A DNA stretch of 64,000 bases from Bdellovibrionales bacterium (lineage in GTDB: Bacteria; Bdellovibrionota; Bdellovibrionia; Bdellovibrionales; JAGQZY01). The DNA lies in NCBI GenBank assembly GCA_964230555.1, contig CAXRIX010000066.1, positions 903-64,902 of the forward strand, written 5' to 3'. Under the pieces are notes generated by a model. The model saw only the letters and a program-made list of their open reading frames with translations. It did not search any database and was not told the origin of the DNA. Of the stretch, positions 8,573-17,599 are shown one piece after another (the stretch's first letter is position 1; each line of letters begins with the position of its first letter). Position numbers and translations under genes: made by a program.

Positions 8573-9865
8573 ATGTTTTTTTTAAAAACGGTCGTAGGGG
8601 TCAGTTTGTTTTTTCTCATACTGGGATGTACGGGGGGAAATCAAAATGAGCAAGTCAACAAGCCAAGCGCTTCCAAAGCGAAGGGGGAACCAATGTCTTT
8701 TAAATTTGACCAGGAACTTTTTTCTGATCCCTTTAAAAACGAAAAATCACAATCGGCTCGCACTTTATTAAAAGAACTGATGAGTGAGAAAGAAAATAAG
8801 GTTTTTTCACCTCTTTCTTTAGAGGCGGTTTTGACTTTGTTGGCTGCGGGAGCCAACGGACAATCCCTAGAAGATTTAAAATCCTTTTTGCAACTGGAGT
8901 CAGAAAAGCCGGTCGATCATCTACAGTATATGGAGGCGAGCTTTGACTATATGATGAATGGTCGACCTCGCAGCGCTGGAGACCACGCCCCGGAAGTCTC
9001 CCTCGGTTTCGGTATAGCGGCCAGTCAACAGCATCCCATTGATGCGGAGGCTGTTGAGGCTTTGCAGAAGCAGGTGGATGTTTATCTTAAAAGTTTTGAT
9101 TTTAAGAACAATGCTGACCAAGCAACAAAAGAAATCAATCAATGGGTGGCTGAAAAAACAAATCAGAAAATTAAGAAATTGTTGGCCCAAATTCAGCCGG
9201 AAACGGCGATGATTCTTCTTAATACTCTTTATTTCAAAAGCCCTTGGCTGGAGCCTTTTAAAGAAGGGCAAACCAAGCCTATGGACTTTACCACTGAAAG
9301 CGGTGAAAAAATAAAAGTTTCAATGATGAATCGAGGTTCGTTTTACAGTTACGTTGATCATTCTGTTTTTCAAGGTGTGAGTATTCCGCTGAATGTTTCG
9401 GATATGCAATTTTGGTTTCTTCGGCCCAAAACGACGGTCGCTGAGCTGATAGATCATTTGTCGAGTCACGATTTAAAAAGTCAATTGAGCCGCCCCAAAC
9501 ATCAGGACATTGATCTTTCTTTACCTAAATTTAAAATTGAGACCAAACTTAAGCTGATTGAAGTATTAAAGCGCCATGGGCTTGAGATTTTGACGCGATC
9601 ACCGAATTTAGAAATCAATGGTTTCTTTGCTGAAAAGAAAGACTTTATTGTTTCAGAGGCGATTCAGGGCAACTATTTTGCCATTGATGAAAAAGGTGTA
9701 GAGGCGGCATCGGCAACGGCTCTTGGGATGCGAGCCGGTTCGGCGCCTCCAAAGGATGGGCCAATTGAGCTTAAATTTGACAAGCCCTTTGTCTTTCTCA
9801 TGTATCAGCTCAGTACGGGTCGAATTGCCTTTGCTGGACAAGTATACATGCCAGAGACTCCCTAG
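8573..9865 (+). CDS. Serpin-family protease inhibitor, predicted lipoprotein
   Basis: Lipobox FFLILGC. Serpin core FSPLSLEAVLTLLAAGANGQS. Hinge/reactive-centre loop EKGVEAASATALGMRAGS followed by FKFDKPFVFLMY-like strand s5B motifs. Confidence 0.85.
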   Translation: MFFLKTVVGVSLFFLILGCTGGNQNEQVNKPSASKAKGEPMSFKFDQELFSDPFKNEKSQSARTLLKELMSEKENKVFSPLSLEAVLTLLAAGANGQSLEDLKSFLQLESEKPVDHLQYMEASFDYMMNGRPRSAGDHAPEVSLGFGIAASQQHPIDAEAVEALQKQVDVYLKSFDFKNNADQATKEINQWVAEKTNQKIKKLLAQIQPETAMILLNTLYFKSPWLEPFKEGQTKPMDFTTESGEKIKVSMMNRGSFYSYVDHSVFQGVSIPLNVSDMQFWFLRPKTTVAELIDHLSSHDLKSQLSRPKHQDIDLSLPKFKIETKLKLIEVLKRHGLEILTRSPNLEINGFFAEKKDFIVSEAIQGNYFAIDEKGVEAASATALGMRAGSAPPKDGPIELKFDKPFVFLMYQLSTGRIAFAGQVYMPETP

Positions 9866-9902
9866 CCGAACAGACCAGAAAATTGAAAGAGTGGGGTCAT
9901 CT

Positions 9903-10256
9903 TTAGAAGCTGATCCCTTTAGGCTGATTTTTTTCATCAACAAGAATAACTTGTTGCTCGAACGTTTCAGCCTCTTCAGTGGTCATTTGAGCGTAAGACA
10001 CGATAATAACAATGTCGCCCCTATGGACATGGCGAGCCGCTGCTCCGTTTAGACAAATTTGACCTTGCTCTCCCGGAATCACGTAGGTGGAAAAGCGAGC
10101 ACCATTGTTACAGTTATAGATTTCGACTTTCTCATTCACCATCAAATCAGCCATTTCAATGAGGTTCTTGTCGATTGTGATGGAGCCTTCATATTCAAGA
10201 TCTGCATCAGTGACGGTGGCGCGGTGAATTTTCGATTTCATGATTGTTCTCAACAT
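9903..10256 (-). CDS. panD: Aspartate 1-decarboxylase
   Basis: [29 protein letters not shown] contains the Gly-Ser self-processing site. AAGGAG lies 6 nt upstream of ATG 10256. The track start at 10262 is TTG. Confidence 0.9.
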   Translation of the reverse strand: MLRTIMKSKIHRATVTDADLEYEGSITIDKNLIEMADLMVNEKVEIYNCNNGARFSTYVIPGEQGQICLNGAAARHVHRGDIVIIVSYAQMTTEEAETFEQQVILVDEKNQPKGISF

Positions 10257-10266
10257 TTTCAACTCC

Positions 10267-11046
10267 TTAATTGTTCAGCTTCAGGCTTAAATACAGTCCT
10301 TTGAGGGCGAGATCCGGAATAATTTTATCGAAGAGCTGTTTTTGCTCAAACATACTGGAAAACCCCCCAGTTCCGATCAGCAGGGGGCGGCTCTGTTCGT
10401 CGTCCCATTTTTCCTGGCTTCGGATTTCTTCGCACAAACCCTCGACCATCTTCAATTGACCATAGAACAAGCCGGATTGAATACTTTCTACAGTCGAGCG
10501 GCCGATGACGCTCTCCGGTTCTTTGATTTCCACACTCGGGAGTTTCGCCGTTTGAGTTTCTAGAGCTTGCATACTCATTCGAATTCCGGGAAGGATCGAT
10601 CCACCAAGGTACTCTTTATTCTTATTGATGACACAAACGGTTGTCGCAGTTCCGAAATCCACAATAATGATATTTTTCTGTGGAAAAAGATGGGCACAAG
10701 CCAAGCTGTTGGCAATGCGATCCGCACCAACTTCTAAGGGGTTGCGATACTTAATTTTTAAACCGGTTTTGACCCCTGCCTGGAGGACAAACGGCGAGTT
10801 ATTAAAGTATTTGCGGCAGGCGTTTTTCAAAGAATGCAGAACATCCGGAACCACCGTACAGATTGAGATATGTCGAATCTCTTTCGGGTTGATACCGTTT
10901 TCTCGTAAAACAGAAATCAGAAACAATCCGAACTCGTCAGAGGAGCTGCGAGAGGCCGAGGTTTTTCGAAACTGCATTAAGAGTTCATCGTTGTTAAAAA
11001 CACCACCATGCATTTGGGTATTACCCACATCAAGACATAAGATCAC
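10267..11046 (-). CDS. coaX: Type III pantothenate kinase
   Basis: [16 protein letters not shown] and [10 protein letters not shown] (ASKHA phosphate motifs). Start set to GTG 11046, preceded by AAGGGAGG. The longer track ORF to 11085 would overlap coaBC by 56 nt. Confidence 0.85.
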   Translation of the reverse strand: MILCLDVGNTQMHGGVFNNDELLMQFRKTSASRSSSDEFGLFLISVLRENGINPKEIRHISICTVVPDVLHSLKNACRKYFNNSPFVLQAGVKTGLKIKYRNPLEVGADRIANSLACAHLFPQKNIIIVDFGTATTVCVINKNKEYLGGSILPGIRMSMQALETQTAKLPSVEIKEPESVIGRSTVESIQSGLFYGQLKMVEGLCEEIRSQEKWDDEQSRPLLIGTGGFSSMFEQKQLFDKIIPDLALKGLYLSLKLNN

Positions 11047-12271
11047 GTGATACCTCCCTTTTCTCACCATCCAATTGATTGGCAATATGCATGGCCAGTT
11101 GGTCTATGGACGCGAGTTCTGTTTGATTGCCTTCTCGCGAGGTCATTAAGAACTTTCGCATACCAACTTTAATATCGTTCATGTCATTGTGGATGACATA
11201 ATCAACAGAATTTTCAGTAAACAGACTAAATATCGCTTTGGCTTGTTCTTCCTTACTTTCAGTCGAAGTCAACTTGAAGCCAACCACTGTGGTTTTATCG
11301 CCGAAAAGATCTTTCAGGCGTGGTAGAATTTTTTCGTTCCGTTTCAATTGAATCGAAATATTGTCATACTGTGAGCTCATTTTTTCTCGGCTCGGTGTTA
11401 TTTCTCCGTCCGGAGTTTGAATATTAGCGATTGAATAATCACTGATAGCGGCAGCGTGCAGAATCATATCAAAGGCATTGGATTGAGCCAGGGCTTTTAA
11501 AGTGTTGTAAATATCACTGAACGTTTCGTAAGTGTCAATTTTCACATCGGACTGTGGTTTTTGAGCATATTTATTTGTCAGCAACAAAACTTGAAAACCT
11601 TGGGCGTGCAGGTAGTCGGCCAAAGAGGCGCCGGTGGTGCCCGTGCTCATATTAGTGAGGGTTCGAACACCATCAATAGTCTCGCGGGTGCCGCCGGCGG
11701 TAATAAGTATGCGCTTGGCCGGTTTATTGGAGCTGCCAAGAGACTTCAATAATGACTGAGCGGCCTTTTCGGGTTCAATCAATCGGCCGGCTCCAATCTC
11801 TCCACAGGCTAAGACACCATTTTCGGTATCAAGAATTTCACAGTTCATTTTTTTTAATTGTTTCAAGGATTTTTTGGTGATGGGGTTTTCCAGCATGCGA
11901 GTGTTCATCGCCGGTGCGACGATAAATGGTTTTGTAAAATCATAAGCCAAAAAATAAGAATGAATGAGATCGTGGCCAACACCATTTGCCAGACTATTGA
12001 TGGTTTGGGCGGTGCCTGGAAAAAGAATTGTGGCGTCACACCAAACTCCAAGATCAATATGGGCCATCTGTTGGTCACCGGAAAAGTCGTCGATGTAAAC
12101 AGGGTTTCCCGACAAGGCTTGCAGAGTTGTCGGTCCAATAAATTTCGTAGCCGTCTGGCTCATAATGACCTTTACCTGGTGGCCTGATTTTTTAAGATGA
12201 GACACAAGCTCACAGCTCTTGTAGGCTGCGATGGAGCCGGTTACGGCGACGACAATTTTATATTTTGACAT
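11030..12271 (-). CDS. coaBC: Bifunctional phosphopantothenoylcysteine decarboxylase / phosphopantothenate-cysteine ligase
   Basis: 413 aa. N-terminal flavoprotein IVVAVTGSIAAYKSCELV..PAMNTRM. C-terminal CoaB ILITAGGTRETIDGVRTLTNMSTG..AAAISDY. Confidence 0.9.
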   Translation of the reverse strand: MSKYKIVVAVTGSIAAYKSCELVSHLKKSGHQVKVIMSQTATKFIGPTTLQALSGNPVYIDDFSGDQQMAHIDLGVWCDATILFPGTAQTINSLANGVGHDLIHSYFLAYDFTKPFIVAPAMNTRMLENPITKKSLKQLKKMNCEILDTENGVLACGEIGAGRLIEPEKAAQSLLKSLGSSNKPAKRILITAGGTRETIDGVRTLTNMSTGTTGASLADYLHAQGFQVLLLTNKYAQKPQSDVKIDTYETFSDIYNTLKALAQSNAFDMILHAAAISDYSIANIQTPDGEITPSREKMSSQYDNISIQLKRNEKILPRLKDLFGDKTTVVGFKLTSTESKEEQAKAIFSLFTENSVDYVIHNDMNDIKVGMRKFLMTSREGNQTELASIDQLAMHIANQLDGEKREVSRDLMS

Positions 12272-13013
12272 TGTCTATTAACCTCACTGAACCGATTCGC
12301 ACAGCGGCAAATCGTCGATTGTTTGTTTCTTTTAAGTAATCCACTTCAATGGAGCTATCTTCCAAATTTTTTTTCAATTCTTGAAGATCAGAGCCCATTT
12401 TCAGTTGTTGGGCAAAAAAGGTGGCCTTTTTTAGCTCATTCTCATTTAACTTCTTATTTCGAGAGCTTAATGCCAAGCCCTCAGAGTTGCGGGTGGTGGG
12501 GCATCCAACAATTTTGGTGTTTAAGAAAAAGGATTGCACCATTCCTTGAATCAGCGAAAGTTGCTGGTAGTCCTTCTCACCGAAATAAGCCTGTGTCGGC
12601 TCAACAATATTCAGTAGCTTTAAAACAACGGTGAGAACCCCATCAAAATGGCCGGGTCGGTCTTTTCCGCAAAGATCTTTGCTTTCCAAGGTCTCGTGGA
12701 CGCGGTATCGATACTGCTGTGGATACATCTCCTGGTAATTCGGTAAAAACACAGAGTCGACCCCGGCCAATTTTAGTTTTTTTAAATCGTCTTCAAGACT
12801 CGTCGGATAGTTCTTAAAATCATCAACATCATTAAACTGTGTCTCGTTAAGGTAAATGCTGACGACAGCGATTTCGTTTTCATCTCGACATTTTTTTATC
12901 AACGAAAGGTGGCCGTCGTGTAATGCGCCCATGGTTGGAACAAACCCGATCTTCTTATCTTGCAGGTTTCGCCGGATCGATTTCATATCTTTGACAGTGG
13001 TGATTTGTCTCAT
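12258..13013 (-). CDS. panC: Pantoate-beta-alanine ligase
   Basis: IGFVPTMGALHDGHLSLI (HIGH-like motif) and YFGEKDYQQL. ATGA overlap with the panB stop. Confidence 0.9.
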   Translation of the reverse strand: MRQITTVKDMKSIRRNLQDKKIGFVPTMGALHDGHLSLIKKCRDENEIAVVSIYLNETQFNDVDDFKNYPTSLEDDLKKLKLAGVDSVFLPNYQEMYPQQYRYRVHETLESKDLCGKDRPGHFDGVLTVVLKLLNIVEPTQAYFGEKDYQQLSLIQGMVQSFFLNTKIVGCPTTRNSEGLALSSRNKKLNENELKKATFFAQQLKMGSDLQELKKNLEDSSIEVDYLKETNNRRFAAVRIGSVRLIDNVKI

Positions 13014-13801
13014 TGAAAAGTTTCCTCATCTTTCGGAAAATTTGTCGACTGAACCGATTCGGTGAAGCTAGTCAGAGCCTTGTTCATCCAATCGTGCCCT
13101 TGCGCGAATTGTCGCACAAACTTGGGTTTAAAATCGGCATTGAAACCCAACAGATCATGCAGAACCAGAACTTGTCCATCAACGGCGGGCCCAGCACCGA
13201 TTCCAATTGTTGGGATACTAAGGCTATCGGTGATCTCGCGAGCCAACTCTGAAGGCACGCATTCCAGAACGATCGCCGAACAACCCGCCGCTTGTAGCTT
13301 TTTCGAGTGTTGTAGAATTTTTTGATAAGACTGCGAGTCACGACCTTGCACTTTGTATCCACCGAATTGATGCACAAACTGGGGCGTCAGGCCGACGTGC
13401 CCAATCATGGGGACCCCCGATTCGGCAATCCATTGAACCACGTTTTCTTGACCGGGAGCCGTTTCCATCTTTAAGGCTTGGGCGCCGGCTTTCATTAAGC
13501 GATCCACGCTTTTCATAAGGTGGGAGCGGCTGCTTCGGTGGGCCAGAAACGGAAGGTCCGAGATGATAAGCTTCCCGGTTTGGGCCCGAGCAACGGCGGA
13601 GGTGTGAGTCGCCATCATATCGACAGTGGCGTGTATGGTGCTGTCATAGCCATGCATGACCATCGAAACACTGTCACCCACCAAAAGGGCGTCGACAGGT
13701 GTGCCTTTTAAAATATTGGCCGACCAGTAGTCATAGCAGGTCACGAGGCTTATTTTTTCGCCTTTTTCTTTGAAACGTTTAAGTTCGGTGACACTTTTCA
13801 T
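13010..13801 (-). CDS. panB: 3-methyl-2-oxobutanoate hydroxymethyltransferase
   Basis: ISLVTCYDYWSA, LLVGDSVSMVMHGYDST, GHVGLTPQ, LECVP. Confidence 0.9.
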   Translation of the reverse strand: MKSVTELKRFKEKGEKISLVTCYDYWSANILKGTPVDALLVGDSVSMVMHGYDSTIHATVDMMATHTSAVARAQTGKLIISDLPFLAHRSSRSHLMKSVDRLMKAGAQALKMETAPGQENVVQWIAESGVPMIGHVGLTPQFVHQFGGYKVQGRDSQSYQKILQHSKKLQAAGCSAIVLECVPSELAREITDSLSIPTIGIGAGPAVDGQVLVLHDLLGFNADFKPKFVRQFAQGHDWMNKALTSFTESVQSTNFPKDEETFQ

Positions 13802-13803
13802 AT

Positions 13804-14517
13804 TTATCGTCCTGAAGTGTGGCTGAGTTTTTCAAACTCGCTGTAAAGGTTGTGAAGAGGTTTGTTTTTTAGAGCTTCTTGATTTTTTAAGATTGTTTTT
13901 TTGTCATGTCGGTACCAGGGGCCGGTCCAGCGTCCCGGTTGGTCGTCCAAAATATTTTTTGACACCTGCTTTAAATAAGGATCGAGAGCTTTCTGCGGCA
14001 GTCCTAGCTTTTCCACTTCTTTTGCAATCAAGTCCCAAAGCAAAGTTGTGCCATTACCACTAAGAACACAAAGGCTGTGATAAAGGGCTTTTTGATCTTC
14101 TTTAATTTTTGAGTAGGAATTAACAAAGGATGGGAAGAGGGATCGAAACAGTGACTCGTCATCAGTACCAACAAAGTGTATGCTTTGATAGTCATTTAAA
14201 CTGTAGAGTTGTTCACTAAAAGTCATCAGGGGATGGAATCCCAATATTTCCGGGTGGGAAAAAGTTCCCGAGAAATGCACAAAGCAGGAACTATTTTGTT
14301 GATGAGTTTCAAAAAAATCAGTCAGCTGATCATCGCTGATGCAGAGTAAACAGACACCTTGTTGTTTGATGAGTTTTTGAAGATCCGCAGTTGAATGCTG
14401 ACGACGATTCCAAGACTGGAACGGAACGTCCAGACAATGGAAGTAATGCGCTAGGTGTTGAGCCAAGCGTCCTCCTCCAATGAGGAGATAGGATGGATTT
14501 GTGGGTACCTGTCTCAT
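13804..14517 (-). CDS. Rossmann-like + DUF2520-like protein; candidate alternative (PanG-type) ketopantoate reductase
   Basis: N-terminal dinucleotide fold YLLIGGGRLAQHLA. C-terminal ALYHSLCVLSGNG..WTGPWYRHD resembles DUF2520. First gene of the pan/coa operon, ending 2 nt before panB. ATG 14517 is preceded by AAGGA. Confidence 0.55.
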   Translation of the reverse strand: MRQVPTNPSYLLIGGGRLAQHLAHYFHCLDVPFQSWNRRQHSTADLQKLIKQQGVCLLCISDDQLTDFFETHQQNSSCFVHFSGTFSHPEILGFHPLMTFSEQLYSLNDYQSIHFVGTDDESLFRSLFPSFVNSYSKIKEDQKALYHSLCVLSGNGTTLLWDLIAKEVEKLGLPQKALDPYLKQVSKNILDDQPGRWTGPWYRHDKKTILKNQEALKNKPLHNLYSEFEKLSHTSGR

Positions 14518-14623
14518 GATCAAGTCCTTATTTCCCGAGGAAATTAAGAAGTTGCTGAGTTTCCTACAATGCGCGGCGTATAATGAAGGCCGTTGTTGCT
14601 TTTAAATCGATTTGAGCCAAGAA

Positions 14624-15127
14624 ATGACTATGCGAAAAGTGAACGTGGCATTGGTTATTGGCGGATTGTTTATTTCGGGTGTTTTAGTATTTCTAATGAT
14701 CGATGGAGTTCGTCTGAAGGAACGGCAAATAGTCAAATGGTCCAATGTCGCGACTCCGACAGAGGCGGGTCGTAAAATGGGGCGCTTCCTTTATCCCTTA
14801 ATTAAACAGAAAAACAAAATTTTTATTTCTGGACAGGGAGATTTTAGCCAAGCCTTTTTTCAGGGTTTTGCTGCTGAAGCTAAAAAAAATTGGTCACAGG
14901 CCGAGGTCTATCGACAGAACAAAAATCAATCCGGATTTGTTATTAAAATGATCAGCCTTGATGCTGGCGACTTTAAAGAACTTTGTAAAAAAGGCGAGCC
15001 ATCAGCTTGCTTGGCACAAAAGTCATTAAAAAAGTTTAACAGTAAGAATCGCAGCCAAGGCGTTTATTGGATCAATATGTTTCGACTTTCTGAGGAGTCT
15101 GCGGCATTATTTTACATAAAAATATAA
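14624..15127 (+). CDS. Hypothetical membrane-anchored protein
   Basis: ORF 14612-15127 with one N-terminal TM (VALVIGGLFISGVLVFLMI). Start uncertain: TTG 14612, ATG 14624 or ATG 14630. Confidence 0.5.
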   Translation: MTMRKVNVALVIGGLFISGVLVFLMIDGVRLKERQIVKWSNVATPTEAGRKMGRFLYPLIKQKNKIFISGQGDFSQAFFQGFAAEAKKNWSQAEVYRQNKNQSGFVIKMISLDAGDFKELCKKGEPSACLAQKSLKKFNSKNRSQGVYWINMFRLSEESAALFYIKI

Positions 15128-15139
15128 AGAGGAGTGGAG

Positions 15140-15697
15140 ATGAAACGGTGGATTGCTTATATCGGCTTGCTTGGTTTATTCGGTTGTGCTCATGGCAAAA
15201 TTGGAATGGTTACCAAGCCTTTGGATCACAGTAAAATTTTAAAGTCAGCTCCTCTCTATGTTTTTCCTGTAACCACAAAAGATATACGGTTCAGTGGTGA
15301 CAAGGCCGATGAGACACCTCGCCTCAATGAGGAAAAGGCAACCATCAATGATCGTTTTCATAAGATGATAGTCACGGAGCTGCAAAAGAAAGGTTACAAT
15401 GCCAAGCCCGCTAAGACTGTTGCCGATCAGGGTTTTGGGTTAAAGGGCAACGTCAGTCGTTTTGATCACGGATCCGGAGCCGCACGTGCTTTGGTGGGCA
15501 TGGGGGCCGGTTCATCAAATATGTACACCGACTTTAAAGTTTACGATATGTCGACAAAACAAGTTTTGGCAGAGTTTGAAGTGATCGCTACTTCTGGCGG
15601 ACGCGGCGGACTTTCAGCAATGTCCAGCTTTATGGAGGCTCATCTGACTGATGGTTCAGAACAGGCCGCCAAATACATCGCTGGTGAAAAAGACTAA
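15140..15697 (+). CDS. Lipoprotein of unknown function (possibly DUF4410-like)
   Basis: MKRWIAYIGLLGLFGCAHG contains a lipobox. Gly-rich GSGAARALVGMGAGSS segment. AAGAGGAG lies 5 nt upstream of ATG 15140. Confidence 0.6.
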   Translation: MKRWIAYIGLLGLFGCAHGKIGMVTKPLDHSKILKSAPLYVFPVTTKDIRFSGDKADETPRLNEEKATINDRFHKMIVTELQKKGYNAKPAKTVADQGFGLKGNVSRFDHGSGAARALVGMGAGSSNMYTDFKVYDMSTKQVLAEFEVIATSGGRGGLSAMSSFMEAHLTDGSEQAAKYIAGEKD

Positions 15698-15700
15698 CCT

Positions 15701-17104
15701 TTACGAGTCAGGATCGTCGATAATCAAAGACAAGGCTTGCTCGTGAGCAAGGGGTCTTCGATAGGATCGATAATACGTTCTCGGCGATGCCGCCAATAAA
15801 TCAGCCAATTTTGGCATATAAATATCGGCAAAACGATCAACCTGATTGGCAAAATAACTTTCTTCGTTTCCAGCCCGCATCACTTCGCCCCATGTAGGAT
15901 TAAAAGCGGCTTGTGTGTTTTTTATCAACGGGGCAATTTGATTATCAATCTGTGCAATCGCCGTTTGTACTTCCGAAATCTTGTCACCATTATCAACGTT
16001 GGTTTCAATTTCTTGGGAGACTAAGTCAACGAGTTGGTCTTCCAGGGGCGTTTTTTGGCGCATAAGCTCTCGAATTTTGTCCTGCGAAGGCTTCACTTTC
16101 TGCATTTTCTCGATCTCTTCGCCAAGCTCTTCGACAACTAAGGCTGTCCTCCAAGCGCAGTCTTTCTTTAAACGAACGATGTCACCATAGATATGGTCAC
16201 CAATGTACAAAATATCATCGCCGCCGATTTTCAGACTTTTCTCAAAAAGGTCAGCACAGCCCCCTTGGTAGATACCTGGGACCAAGTCGGCGTCGTAGTT
16301 GGTCATGGAGCCGTCTTCGGGATTCACTTTTAAAAAATTCAATTTATCAAAAAAGAAGCGGGGTTTTCTAGCAAGTGTGATTGTGTAGTCAAAAAGGTCC
16401 ATCCAAGAATCGTGGTTCTTTAGAAAGGGATTGATCGCATAATCCAGTAAAGCCTTAGTGTAGTGAAAATCCGAGTTGGTGAGAATAAAGATTTTTTTGC
16501 CATGCTTTTTGTAGCGTTCCAGTCCCTCAGCAACAGCCGGCTCCTGAATAATGTAATCCCCCAGATTTTTTCGGACGATGCTTTTTAACGAGTCGTCACG
16601 GTGGGACATGTCCATAACTTCGACGATATCTTTTAGCACGACTGAATAGTCCGGGTAGGCACCAAGGTTTTTATCTTTTAAGTCTACCAGTTGTCCAAAC
16701 AGGATAGCCACTGAGATCGAGAAGGAGGTGTCGATTGAGGAAAAGTCATCAGAGCCCAGATCGACGTAAGTCCCTTGATAATCACGCTGCTGTTGGTGAA
16801 AGGAGATTTTCTCGGTTCCATGCAGTGTACCACGGATGGCACCATGGCGACTGACCTTCAGCAAGTTACCTTTGGTGGAGTCAATCACCAGCCCTCGAAT
16901 CACGGTACTGAAATCAATCTTTAATTTCAAAATTTCGGCCGGGTAGCCCTTTTCGTTGACGAGTTTTTGTAACATCCCATCATAAGCTAAGGATTCAAAG
17001 GCGACAGTGTTGTATCGAACCAAGGTGTGGTCCATGTCCAAACCAATATACTTAATTTTTCTGAGATTGAGAGTTCTGTTGACGAAGACTTTACGATTGA
17101 TCAA
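15701..17104 (-). CDS. HAD-IG family 5'-nucleotidase (cytosolic nucleotidase II-like)
   Basis: VFVNRTLNLRKIKYIGLDMDHTLVRY carries the DMDHT catalytic motif, as in NT5C2-type enzymes. Also ILTNSDFHYT and YIGDHIYGDI. Confidence 0.8.
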   Translation of the reverse strand: MINRKVFVNRTLNLRKIKYIGLDMDHTLVRYNTVAFESLAYDGMLQKLVNEKGYPAEILKLKIDFSTVIRGLVIDSTKGNLLKVSRHGAIRGTLHGTEKISFHQQQRDYQGTYVDLGSDDFSSIDTSFSISVAILFGQLVDLKDKNLGAYPDYSVVLKDIVEVMDMSHRDDSLKSIVRKNLGDYIIQEPAVAEGLERYKKHGKKIFILTNSDFHYTKALLDYAINPFLKNHDSWMDLFDYTITLARKPRFFFDKLNFLKVNPEDGSMTNYDADLVPGIYQGGCADLFEKSLKIGGDDILYIGDHIYGDIVRLKKDCAWRTALVVEELGEEIEKMQKVKPSQDKIRELMRQKTPLEDQLVDLVSQEIETNVDNGDKISEVQTAIAQIDNQIAPLIKNTQAAFNPTWGEVMRAGNEESYFANQVDRFADIYMPKLADLLAASPRTYYRSYRRPLAHEQALSLIIDDPDS

Positions 17105-17478
17105 GAGTTTTTACCTTCAGTTGTGAGGCCCATTTCATTCCACAGTAGCATGCCACCTTTCATATTAAAAACAGACTCAAATCCCTGGTCTTTGGCTATG
17201 GCGGTTGCATTAGCAGATCGGCGTCCACTGCGACAGATAAAAACAACAGTTTTGTCTTTTGGGATGTCATCAATATGGTCCATCAAAGTATCAAGAGTTA
17301 CTAACTTTGAATTGGGAATATGACCCAGCTCTCCGGTGTACTCTTCTTGAGTTCGGACATCGACGATCGTTAAATTATTGGACTTCGCATTCACCTCATC
17401 GGGTGATACGTCCTCGACGATATTCAGTTCAGGGTTTTGCTCGGCGGTCGAAAATGAAACAAAATTTGACACAATCAC
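17101..17478 (-). CDS. Single-domain rhodanese (sulfurtransferase)
   Basis: IVDVRTQEEYTGELGHIPNS and active-site loop FICRSGRRS. 4-nt overlap with the downstream nucleotidase gene. Confidence 0.8.
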   Translation of the reverse strand: MIVSNFVSFSTAEQNPELNIVEDVSPDEVNAKSNNLTIVDVRTQEEYTGELGHIPNSKLVTLDTLMDHIDDIPKDKTVVFICRSGRRSANATAIAKDQGFESVFNMKGGMLLWNEMGLTTEGKNS

Positions 17479-17560
17479 TCCTTATTCAATGGGTTATGGT
17501 CTCACCTTCATGGCCTTGAGGTTGGCGCGGACTCATAACTCGGTCTATCATTTTAGTGAA

Positions 17561-17580
17561 GGGATAGGGAAAAGGGAAGG
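17561..17580 (+). other. G-tract run GGGATAGGGAAAAGGGAAGG (G4-like, imperfect) in the leader of the Pif1-like gene
   Basis: Read directly: GGG 17561-63, GGG 17567-69, GGG 17574-76, GG 17579-80. Confidence 0.4.
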
Positions 17581-17599
17581 AAAGTGTTAGATTCCTTCC
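17575..17599 (+). promoter_or_regulatory. Possible 5'-leader hairpin abutting the helicase start codon
   Basis: GGAAGG (17575-80) and CCTTCC (17594-99) form a 6-bp stem with a 13-nt loop. The right arm ends 1 nt before ATG 17600. Confidence 0.3.

Noticed and set aside
8576-8588. T8-A5 homopolymer run at codons 2-5 of the serpin as a phase-variation switch
   Set aside because: Eight residues is short for efficient slipped-strand switching, and a single genome gives no evidence of length variation. I mention it only inside the serpin finding.
14552-14584. Sigma-70 promoter for the 14612 gene based on TATAAT at 14579-14584
   Set aside because: The -10 hexamer is perfect. However, the best -35-like hexamer (TTGCTG, 14552-57) is 21 nt away and there is no extended -10 TG. 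This is too weak to report as a feature.
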